From Desulfobacterales bacterium (GTDB taxonomy: Bacteria > Desulfobacterota > Desulfobacteria > Desulfobacterales > 4572-123): a DNA stretch of 64,000 bases. The stretch spans positions 839,739-903,738 of the forward strand of contig CAXXLK010000004.1 of NCBI GenBank assembly GCA_963667755.2, read 5' to 3'. The notes under the pieces are model-generated. The model was given only the letters and a program-made list of their open reading frames with translations, was not told where the DNA came from and ran no database searches. Positions 30,534-39,107 of this stretch are shown here, piece by piece (within the stretch, counting starts at the first letter, position 1; every line of letters starts with the position of its first letter). The translations under genes were made by a program, and so were the position numbers.

Positions 30534-32027
30534 CTATTTAATCACGCCGAGTTCCTTTTCCGTCTCACGGATGATCTCCTCAATCTCCTTTTGCGCCTGA
30601 CTGCTGATCGGGATGGGCCGATGGGTCTCGACCACGCTTCTGGCTTTTTTCAACGCCCTTTCATGCAGGCTTTGCTCTCCTTTGGACCTCCAGCTTTCGT
30701 AGGTTTCCCGGTTCATCAATTCGGGCGACATGAAATCCTTGCAGTGGGCAAAGGTACTCGGGTGCGCAAGATAGTTCCCGCTGTGGCCCACCGCCTTGAT
30801 GAGATTCACCGACAGGGTTTCCGCATTGATCTCGAATCCTTTGACCAGATGGGTAATGGCCCGGTTGATTTCGTCGTCCATCAATAACTTTCCGTAGTCC
30901 AGGGCCATCCCGCTGTCCACCATCCCCGTTCCGTAAATCAGATTGGCACCTGCCAATGCTGCCGGAAGGGAGGTCAACAGCGATTCAAAACCTGCCTGGG
31001 CATCGCACAGTTTACTGTCCACCTACCCGCCGGAGACACGCACCGGTATGTGGTAATGCCGGCCCATCTGGGTCAGGGCCGCGTTGAGCAGAGCGCCTTC
31101 CGGTGCACCCACCGCCGCCATGCCGTAACGCAGGTCGAGGGATGTCGTGGAACTGGAGTAAAACATGGGGGCTCCGGGTCGCACCAATTGTCCCAGCGCC
31201 AGGCCACTGAGCACTTCGGCATTGTGCTGCACCACGGTGCCGGCCAGATGGACAGGTGCCGTGCCACCGGCCAGGCACATGGAAAGCACGCTGGTGGTGA
31301 ACCCGTGCTCCACGGCGGCCATGAGGACCTCACTGCAATCGTCCACCAGTTGCAGCGGGCTGACCACACAAACCCCGGTGAAAAAAAACGGCCGCCGGCG
31401 AAAGGTCTCCCGGCCCACGGCGGCTTCTCCGATGGCTGCCATTTTGGGAATCAGATTGGCCGAAGGAGGGATGGCCTCCACCGGTTTGGTCGTGTTGCCC
31501 AGCATGGCCGCCAGGGTATGCAGGGTTTCCGTCACCGGGGATTCATCGGTGGCGTTCAACATGGAGATTAAAATCTTCAGACTATCCAGCGTATCCATGA
31601 CCCGGGTGACCTGGGCCACATCCGCTTTCAGCGCTTTTTTGCGTTTTCCGGTGTAAAGATCGTTGAGATATACGGTACTGCCGAAATTGACGAATCCCAG
31701 CCGGTCACCGCCCATGGTATAATCCCGGGACGGATCACGGCCCGGAATGCAGATTTCCGGCGGAATGGTGGAAAGCGCCTTCTCGATAAGAGTCGGCGGC
31801 AGATAGATGCAATTTTTGTTTTTGTCAACACGGGCTCCGTGACCGGCAAAAACGGACTGGGCCTTTTTGCTGGTCACCACAACCCCGGTTTGTTCGAGCA
31901 GTTCCAGGCTGGCCTGATGAATCCTGTTGCAATCTTCGCTGCTGAGCGCCCGCAGCCGCAGCGCGCCGGGGGGGGCCAGTTTAATTTGGCTTCTGTCGGC
32001 AGCCGTTACTGCATGCTGGGTTAACAT
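30534..32027 (-). CDS. mttB: Trimethylamine:corrinoid methyltransferase with in-frame TAG (pyrrolysine), 497 aa on read-through
   Basis: ORFs 31023-32027 and 30534-31022 are contiguous in one frame, separated only by TAG at 31023-31025: VRVSGG-TAG-VDSKLCDAQAGFES. This is codon 335 (Pyl334 in Methanosarcina MttB). RBS aaggaggg. Confidence 0.88.
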
Positions 32028-32201
32028 ACGTCCCTCCTTTTCAGTACCATCCAGAAATGGCCAATTAGCCCAACATCTGCATTCCGCTCAAAATCTTATC
32101 TTCGGGATATTAACTATATGCCTGCGGTAAAATTTTTCGCAGGCCTTGATCTCGACCCAATTTGCCTATTTCTGGATAAACACTATTTAAACCAAAGAAT
32201 A

Positions 32202-32380
32202 TGTATACAATGTTTGTATGCAAATTAACCATGATCACCGCTTCTTGTCAAGGCCCGTTTTTGGCCATAAATCTTGAAAGCTGCCTCCGGTCAAAGCGTC
32301 CGGACAGCCGGATTTCTATTGACAAAACCATAAAAGTGGCCCTACATGGATACAAATATTAAAATCAATAAATGTATACA
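32202..32380. promoter_or_regulatory. Divergent promoter region with GntR/FCD-type operators
   Basis: TGTATACA at 32202-32209 and 32373-32380, TGTATGCA at 32215-32222, TGGATACA at 32347-32354; TTGACA on + at 32319 and on - at 32251-32246. Confidence 0.65.
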
Positions 32381-32453
32381 ATATTTTGTTAGAATCAACA
32401 CCTGCTCCCTGAAGCGCAGGTTGACCCCTGAACTATAGCTTAGGAAAACGACC

Positions 32454-33887
32454 GTGACGTTACCCATTTACCAGATGCTCGGTGATACACAGGTGCAGAC
32501 CATTCAGGCACACACCTTGGATCTTCTTGAAAACACCGGGGTTGCCGTCCATCACGAAGCGGCCCTGGAAATATTGGCGGAAAAAGGGGCGCGGGTGGAC
32601 ATGGCCCGCCAGCGGGCCTTTTTCCCCCCGGAACGGGTGACACAATCGCTGGCCGCCATCCCCAAGTCCTTTGTCTGTGCCGGGCGGGATTGCGAGTTCG
32701 ATTTTAAGGTGGCCTGGGATGCCCCCCCGATTTGCCGCTGTACCGGGGGGGCAGTGAATATGATCGATCTGGCCACCAACAAGAGCCGGGCGGTAACCCT
32801 CCAGGACTGCCGCGATATCGCCCGGCTCATCGACGGCTTGGACAATACGGCCTTTGCCGCCGCCCAGACCCCCTGCGACGCCTGCCTGCCGGTCTACGAT
32901 ATCCAGGTGCTCAAGGCGATGTTGTCCTCCGGGCGCAAGCATATCTGGTCCCTGGTCAGCAGTTCGAAAAACCTGGCCTACCAGATCGAGATGATGCTGG
33001 CCGTGGCCGGCTCCTCCGAGGCCCTATCCCGGCGCCCCATCTGCCACGGCATCGTCACGGTGATCGAGCAGTTCAACTTCCCAGAGGATGAGATCGAGCG
33101 ACTGCTGCAGTATGGACGCCACAAAATTCCCGTCAAAGTGCCCATCGTTCCCATGATGGGCACCAACGCCCCCACCACCATCGCCGGGGCCATGGTCCAG
33201 GCCAATACCGAGGCGGTGGCCAGCGCCGTTCTCATCGATCTCCTTTGTCCCGGTACGCCCACCTGGTACTATTTTTTCATCCAGGCCATGGACAAACGCA
33301 CCGGCAGCAGTATTTTCATGAGCCCGGAAATCATGCTCTGTTCTCTCGGCCTGATCCAGATGGCACGCCATTATCAGCTGCCGGCGGCGCCCTCTGCCTT
33401 TGAAACCACGGGGGGCCGGCTCGAGGACATCATATACGGCAACGGCATGTCGGTGAGCCTCTTTGCCCTGGCCGGCGCTTTTGAAAACGCCTCCACCGGC
33501 TGCGTCGACATGTCCATGGGGATCAGCAAAGAAGGACTTGTGATCGGCGACGAAATCTGGGGCCACACCCGACGCCTTCTGGAAGGGTTCTGCGATGAAC
33601 CCCAGGCTTTCGGTCTGGAGGCGATCAAGCGGGTCTCGCTGGACAGTGGCCATTACCTCACCGATGCCCACACCCGTGATTTTTTGCGCAAAGAGGCCCA
33701 ATTCGTGCCGAATCTCTTTGCCTATCGCTCCCACAGTACGTGGTCCCAAAACCCCCAACGCCTGGCCCAAGAGGCCCGGGAGCGGGCAAACGCCATTCTC
33801 GCGCACCACGCTGTGCCGCCTCTGGAGAAACAGCTCCTAAATGAATTGGACCGAATTGAAGCGGCGGCTAAAAAGGCACTCGAGTAA
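32454..33887 (+). CDS. Non-pyrrolysine MttB-family methyltransferase (divergent)
   Basis: LLENTGV, GA.VD, MGTNAPTTIAGAMVQANTE, MDKRTG, SPE, GHYLTDAHT; GTG start; no internal TAG. Confidence 0.85.
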   Translation: MTLPIYQMLGDTQVQTIQAHTLDLLENTGVAVHHEAALEILAEKGARVDMARQRAFFPPERVTQSLAAIPKSFVCAGRDCEFDFKVAWDAPPICRCTGGAVNMIDLATNKSRAVTLQDCRDIARLIDGLDNTAFAAAQTPCDACLPVYDIQVLKAMLSSGRKHIWSLVSSSKNLAYQIEMMLAVAGSSEALSRRPICHGIVTVIEQFNFPEDEIERLLQYGRHKIPVKVPIVPMMGTNAPTTIAGAMVQANTEAVASAVLIDLLCPGTPTWYYFFIQAMDKRTGSSIFMSPEIMLCSLGLIQMARHYQLPAAPSAFETTGGRLEDIIYGNGMSVSLFALAGAFENASTGCVDMSMGISKEGLVIGDEIWGHTRRLLEGFCDEPQAFGLEAIKRVSLDSGHYLTDAHTRDFLRKEAQFVPNLFAYRSHSTWSQNPQRLAQEARERANAILAHHAVPPLEKQLLNELDRIEAAAKKALE

Positions 33888-33966
33888 AAAGCCTGGCCCA
33901 AAAGACCATGTTTTTCAGGACAAAATAAAAAGGCCCATCTATCCGGGCTGGAGGCAAGTATCGGTT

Positions 33967-34626
33967 ATGAAAAAAAGCAATGAGGAATTCGTCTACCAGA
34001 AGCTCAAGAACGCCATCATCAAGCGCTATATCAAGCAGGGCACAAAACTGGTTGAGACCGCTCTGGCCAAACAGTTGAAGGTCAGCCGGACCCCGGTTCG
34101 CAGCGCCATCCGGCGCCTGGCCTATGAAGGTTTCGCCATCTATGAAACCAACAAGGGCGTTTGCGTCATCGCGCCCGACATCGAGGAGATCCAGGGGGCC
34201 TTCTTTGTCCGGACACAGCTGGAAAGGGCCGCCGCACAGCTGGCCGCTGAAAACATTACGACTGCGCAATTGGCCCAGCTGCATGGCTACCTCGACGAAG
34301 AGGCGCAGGTTTTCGAAAACCACAATCTGGAGGAATACTACCGCATCAACGAGGGGATCCATTTGACCATTGCCCAGGCCTCAGGCAACCCGGTCCTCAT
34401 CCGCTACATCGAAGAGCTCCTCAATCGCACCAAGATCTACCTTATCCTTTACGACCCATTTTTTTCCATGCCCATTTACCCCACTATCCACGAGCACAAG
34501 CAACTGGTGGACGCCTTGAAAACCAGAGATCCCGATGTGGCAAAGAAAGAGATGGGAATCCATCTCAAGAGCACCTTTGAAGGTCTGGATATCCAAGTGT
34601 TACCCGAGGATTATATCGCCCTTTAA
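33967..34626 (+). CDS. GntR family transcriptional regulator (FCD domain)
   Basis: LVETALAKQLKVSRTPVRSAI HTH; IHLTIAQASGN and EH motifs. Confidence 0.92.
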   Translation: MKKSNEEFVYQKLKNAIIKRYIKQGTKLVETALAKQLKVSRTPVRSAIRRLAYEGFAIYETNKGVCVIAPDIEEIQGAFFVRTQLERAAAQLAAENITTAQLAQLHGYLDEEAQVFENHNLEEYYRINEGIHLTIAQASGNPVLIRYIEELLNRTKIYLILYDPFFSMPIYPTIHEHKQLVDALKTRDPDVAKKEMGIHLKSTFEGLDIQVLPEDYIAL

Positions 34627-34830
34627 ACGCGATATCGGCCGCCCGTCCACCCCTGCTGTATCATCGCCAACCGTTTTGGAAAAAAATATTTTTTCACAAC
34701 TTCCTTTAATCTGCCAATAGTGCAGACGCATAGAACTGCCCCAACAGCATTCATTGCTAAAAAGCATAAACTGAGAAACTGCTTACAGGCTTATCCGATG
34801 CTTTAGGATTCGATATGGCATCCTTCCCAA

Positions 34831-36087
34831 TCAGCCGGGAATCATTAAATGACCGTAGTGCAGGCGGTGGTCGATAATCAGGCCTTTTATGGCCTCGATG
34901 GGCATTTTTTCCCGGATCACGTAGCGGTACAATCCGGCATTACGGATATCGCCGATAAAAACAGCCCCCACCAGCCGGGTGCCGTCCCGGTTGAACACCA
35001 GTTTGCGATACGCGCCGCCACCGGCATGCCGGTGGATTTCCAGATCGGTTCCCGCCGTATGCACCGTCCCCATCGAGACAAAGGGTTCGTCCGCCACCTG
35101 GGTAGCGTTCAAGATGCCGAATGTCCCGGTGTAGGCGGTTTTGACGCCGGCCATATTCATCCCGGCACAGCAACCCATCTCCACCGCGTTGGTCCACAGG
35201 GCCGTCATGATCCGGTCTCCGGAAACGGGGTCAAACGATACGGCCACATCCCCGGCCGCAAACGCACCACCGGCCGGGCAGGCGGTATAGCGGTCCACCA
35301 CAATGCCCTGATCCAGATGCACATTGCTACCGGCCAGAAATGCCGTGTTGGGCCGCACCCCTTTTCCGATACAGACCATCTGGCAGGCCAGTTCACTGCC
35401 GTCATCCAGAGCCACACCGGTAACCCCGGAACCGTCCGACAAGAGTCCGACAGCGCTTACGCCGGTTTTGATGGTCAGTCCGGCCCGGTCCAGGGCCCGG
35501 CGCACCAGAAACGCATCGGAAGGTTCCATCAGCTGGGACAGCACCTCGGGGGAATACACCACCAGGGTCACCTTGACGTCCCTTTCCAGCAGGGAAAACG
35601 CAGCCTTGAGGTTCAGCAAGCCGCCACCGAGCATCACGGCATGGTCGGTACGCTCCACCCGCCGGGCCATCTGGCGGGCATGGGCCAGGGTCCGCAGGGC
35701 AAACACACCGTCGGCATCCGTGCCCTTGATTTCGGGCGGCACATAGGGCCGGCTGCCGGTGGCAAACAGGATTTTCCCGTATCCCATCGAGCCGCCGCCC
35801 GCCAGGGCAACGGTTTTTTCCGCGGTATCCACAGACGCGGCCCGGGCATTGGTAATCACGGCAATGTTCCGGCCGGTGTAGGGTCCGCAGCCGGCCATTG
35901 ACATTTCCGCCTGGTTTTTTTTGCCGGATACCAGGAAGGGAATCAACGGTCTGAAATACGGCCGGTCGCTTTCTTCGGAAAGCACTGTGATCTCCCCGTT
36001 TCGATCCTGCCGACGAATGGCATGGGCCGCGGCCATGCCGGCGGCACTACCGCCCACGATGAGGTACCGGCTATAGGCAGCCGCCAT
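34831..36087 (-). CDS. FAD/NAD(P)-dependent oxidoreductase (FNOR)
   Basis: IVGGSAAG, ATGSRP, GGGLL, GVRPN, AAGDVA; ATG 36087 after aagggg. Confidence 0.88.
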   Translation of the reverse strand: MAAAYSRYLIVGGSAAGMAAAHAIRRQDRNGEITVLSEESDRPYFRPLIPFLVSGKKNQAEMSMAGCGPYTGRNIAVITNARAASVDTAEKTVALAGGGSMGYGKILFATGSRPYVPPEIKGTDADGVFALRTLAHARQMARRVERTDHAVMLGGGLLNLKAAFSLLERDVKVTLVVYSPEVLSQLMEPSDAFLVRRALDRAGLTIKTGVSAVGLLSDGSGVTGVALDDGSELACQMVCIGKGVRPNTAFLAGSNVHLDQGIVVDRYTACPAGGAFAAGDVAVSFDPVSGDRIMTALWTNAVEMGCCAGMNMAGVKTAYTGTFGILNATQVADEPFVSMGTVHTAGTDLEIHRHAGGGAYRKLVFNRDGTRLVGAVFIGDIRNAGLYRYVIREKMPIEAIKGLIIDHRLHYGHLMIPG

Positions 36088-36088
36088 A

Positions 36089-36595
36089 TCAGCCCCCTTC
36101 CGCATGCTGCATTTCCCGGGAGGCCTCCTTGCGCACCTTGCCGGAAAAGGCTTTTACCGTGTCGTAAATCAGGGCTTGGGTGGGGCAGGCGCTCACACAG
36201 GCCGGGATATCACGGTCCGGACAACGGTCGCAGCGAAAGGCTTTATGGGTTTCCAAATGGCGCCCGATGACCCCGTAGGGACACACCATCACGCAGGTCC
36301 AGCAGCCGATGCACTTGTCCGCATCGGTCATCACCACCCCGTTTTCATCCCGACTGATGGCGCCGCTGATACAGGCGTGCATACAGGGAGCGTCCTCGCA
36401 GTGGCGGCAGACCAGGGGCACCTTGGTATCGGGTAAGGCCCATTCCACATAGACCCGGCTCTTGGGAACCGGGGTTTCCGCGATGGCGCCGAAAAGGGTT
36501 TTGCTTTGCGAATGTGCCACTGCACAGGCCATTGTGCAGGACAGGCACCCGACACATCGATCCGGTTTTACGAATATCTCTTTTGGTTCTTTCAT
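36089..36595 (-). CDS. cooF: CooF-type 4x[4Fe-4S] electron transfer protein
   Basis: CVGCLSCTMAC, CRHCEDAPCMHAC, CIGCWTCVMVCP, CDRC..CVSACP. Confidence 0.88.
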   Translation of the reverse strand: MKEPKEIFVKPDRCVGCLSCTMACAVAHSQSKTLFGAIAETPVPKSRVYVEWALPDTKVPLVCRHCEDAPCMHACISGAISRDENGVVMTDADKCIGCWTCVMVCPYGVIGRHLETHKAFRCDRCPDRDIPACVSACPTQALIYDTVKAFSGKVRKEASREMQHAEGG

Positions 36596-36628
36596 GGCCG
36601 ACTCCTTTTCCTGGATATATGGCAGATA

Positions 36629-38509
36629 TTAGATGCCCAATGCACTGCGCTTTTTGTCCATGTGGTCGATCATCAGCCGGGCGCCTTTGACCGGGTCGGG
36701 CTCAACGGCAAATGTGGCGCCGACGACCGCCTCGGCCCCTTTGGTCAAAAGATCGGTCACCACCGGGCTGCCCAGCACCTGCGGCACCGTCCCCAGAACC
36801 GTAAAAATACCCGACGATACCACATAAGAGCCGATGCTCACCGCTTTTTCACTCATCCATTCCGGGGCCGCGCCGGCCACCGGCAGGTCGGCGATATCCA
36901 CCCCCAGGGCATTGGCAATCGCGGCACAGGTGGTCAGAATCCGGCTGATATCCACACAGGACCCCATGTGCAGGACCGGCGGGATGCCCAGGGCCTGACA
37001 GATGCCTTTGAGTCCGTCGCCGGCCTGATCCGCCGCCTCGGGCAGCATCAGACCGAACTTGGCGCAGGCGATGGCATTGCATCCGGTTGTGGTCACCAGC
37101 ACATTGTTTTCAATCAACTCGCGGACCAGGGTCAGGTGACCGTAGTCATGTTTGATTTTTACGTTGTTGCACCCCACCACCCCGGCAATGCCCCGGATCG
37201 CGCCCGATTTTATGGCATCCAGCAGCGGATACAGGGTGCCGCCGAGGGCATTGATGATCGCTTCCGTGCTGAACCCCACCATGCATTCGGTTTTCGCTTC
37301 GGGGATGACCACCTTTTCGGGTACCCGCAGCCGGTAGTTTTCCACCGCCGTCCGGACAATCTCCCCGGCAACCTCAAAGCCCTTTTCTTCGTTAAAGGCC
37401 ACGTGGGTGGCGTCGGGAAACTTGGCCTTGGGAGAGGTGGAGATAAAACGGGTGTGAAAGCACTGGCTCAGGGGACCCAGGGACGGCATGATGCACTGGA
37501 CATCCACGATCATGGCATCCACAGCCCCGGTGATGATGGCCAGCTCCTGCTGCAGGAAATTGCCGGCCATGGGAATGCCGTGGCGCATGAGCACTTCATT
37601 GCCGGTACAGCAGAGACCGGCCACGTTGATGCCTTCAGCGCCGACTTTTTTAGCCAGGGCCGTCAGTTCGGGGTCACCGGCGGCGGCCACGATCATTTCC
37701 GACAGCACGGGTTCATGGCCGTGGACAATGATATTGACCATTTCCTCCTTTAACACGCCGAGGTTGGCCTCTGAACGAACGGGCGTTGGTGTGCCGAACA
37801 GAACATCCGACAGCTCGGTGGCAACGGTGGACCCCCCCCACCCATCGGCAATGGAGGCCTTGAGTCCCTGCAGGATCAAATTGACCGGATCGTTGTCCAC
37901 TCCGATATGGGTGCGGTGCATGATTTCGACGATTTCGCGGTCTATCCCGCGCGGATCGATTCCCAGACCCTTCCACAGGGCTACCCGTTTTTCCGGTGCC
38001 CGGCGGGTAAACCGGATAAATCCTTCCTGTCGGCCGAATTCGGCATACACGGCCTTGGCCAGGTCAAGGGCGATGTCATTATCACCACGATTTTCGGTGG
38101 CAATCTCGTATTCCGTGGCCAGGGCCTTTAGTTTTTTACTGTCCCGGATCTCGTAGCCGCCCCCCTTGCCCTCGGCGGTCAGTAGCAGGGTGTGGGCCAG
38201 GTCCCGGCCATGGTCCGAATGGGCCGCCGCGCCGCCGGCGATCATACGAATCAGATTACGGGCCACAATGATATCCGCGGTGGCCCCGCAGATCCCCTTT
38301 TTCGGACCGTTGTCATCAAAGGGGGTGATGCGGCAGGGGCCCATGTTGCAGTTTCTGCAGCAGACCCCCAGTTCTCCGAAGCCGCACTGTGGCAGCATTT
38401 TTTCATACCGGCCCCAGACGGTTTCCAGGTCCAGTTCCTCGGCCCGTTCCAGCATGCGATGAACGGTGGGGTCGATGCTTTTCGCAGTGATCTTTTCGCT
38501 GTACGCCAT
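36629..38509 (-). CDS. cooS: Anaerobic Ni-containing carbon monoxide dehydrogenase catalytic subunit
   Basis: CGFG..GVCCRNCNMGPC, AAAHSDH, VHGHEP, GLCCTG, DVQC, GCNN, TGCNA, GSCVD, SEKA all present. Confidence 0.96.
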   Translation of the reverse strand: MAYSEKITAKSIDPTVHRMLERAEELDLETVWGRYEKMLPQCGFGELGVCCRNCNMGPCRITPFDDNGPKKGICGATADIIVARNLIRMIAGGAAAHSDHGRDLAHTLLLTAEGKGGGYEIRDSKKLKALATEYEIATENRGDNDIALDLAKAVYAEFGRQEGFIRFTRRAPEKRVALWKGLGIDPRGIDREIVEIMHRTHIGVDNDPVNLILQGLKASIADGWGGSTVATELSDVLFGTPTPVRSEANLGVLKEEMVNIIVHGHEPVLSEMIVAAAGDPELTALAKKVGAEGINVAGLCCTGNEVLMRHGIPMAGNFLQQELAIITGAVDAMIVDVQCIMPSLGPLSQCFHTRFISTSPKAKFPDATHVAFNEEKGFEVAGEIVRTAVENYRLRVPEKVVIPEAKTECMVGFSTEAIINALGGTLYPLLDAIKSGAIRGIAGVVGCNNVKIKHDYGHLTLVRELIENNVLVTTTGCNAIACAKFGLMLPEAADQAGDGLKGICQALGIPPVLHMGSCVDISRILTTCAAIANALGVDIADLPVAGAAPEWMSEKAVSIGSYVVSSGIFTVLGTVPQVLGSPVVTDLLTKGAEAVVGATFAVEPDPVKGARLMIDHMDKKRSALGI

Positions 38510-38706
38510 TGGTCCTTCCTCCTGTCTTGTGGGGTCAAAAAATATGTCTTTGCCTTTGGCCGGAGCTGCAATGCACTTGTTAAGGCCCGGTCAAATGCCA
38601 AGCACCGGCACCGGTTCGGCGCCGAATTGAAACGACAAAAAAACATCTTGAGGAAAGAATTGCATCATGGATATGACGGCGTGTGTTCTCTCTAAATCGC
38701 CTCTGA

Positions 38707-38747
38707 ATTTTATATTTTACATATAAGCGTTTGTCAAGAAACCGACA
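38707..38747 (-). promoter_or_regulatory. cooS promoter with overlapping CooA-like site
   Basis: TGTCA-agaaac-CGACA at 38732-38747; minus strand TTGACA (38737-38732), 17 bp, TATAAA (38714-38709). Confidence 0.55.
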
Positions 38748-38871
38748 CATCCGAACGACGGGCAACAGCAGTTATTCTTAAACCCAAAACAACCAAGACA
38801 GAGCCATCTATCTCTGAGCTGACCCAAAGGACCAGGGTTTTCAGGACAAAATAAACTCGGAGCATAAGGCC

Positions 38872-39105
38872 ATGTTAAAATCTATTCATGCAAATAAAAC
38901 GGCCAGCATCACTGAATTTACGAAAAATCCCCTCGTCGACTCAGCAAAACCAAGGGGGCATTCCAACCTTTACAAAATCAAGCCCTCATCAGTGGGGTAC
39001 AGATTAGCCTATCTTGTGGAAGACAAGACGACCAGCCTATACGGCATTTGCGTTGGCCGCCGGGATAAAACTTACAAAATTTTATCCCAAAGATTGAATG
39101 GATGA
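38872..39105 (+). pseudogene. In-frame fusion of a StbD/Phd-like antitoxin N-terminus with a RelE/StbE-like toxin C-terminus
   Basis: IHANKTASITEFTKNP (antitoxin-like) joined to SAKPRGHSNLYKIK..VGYRLAYLVED.....ICVGRRD (RelE-like). Confidence 0.7.
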
Positions 39106-39107
39106 TA

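Noticed and set aside
31023-31025. Reading mttB as a nonsense pseudogene or as two genes
   Set aside because: The stop is TAG at the Pyl position, both halves are intact, and the second half has no RBS
34849-37753. Long antisense ORFs (350 and 415 aa) opposite FNOR and cooS, and similar shadows elsewhere
   Set aside because: Typical antisense open frames of GC-rich genes with no recognisable motifs
38660-38720. CTCTAAA as a possible tRNA-Pyl anticodon loop
   Set aside because: Flanks do not form an anticodon stem or cloverleaf; it lies in the cooS promoter region
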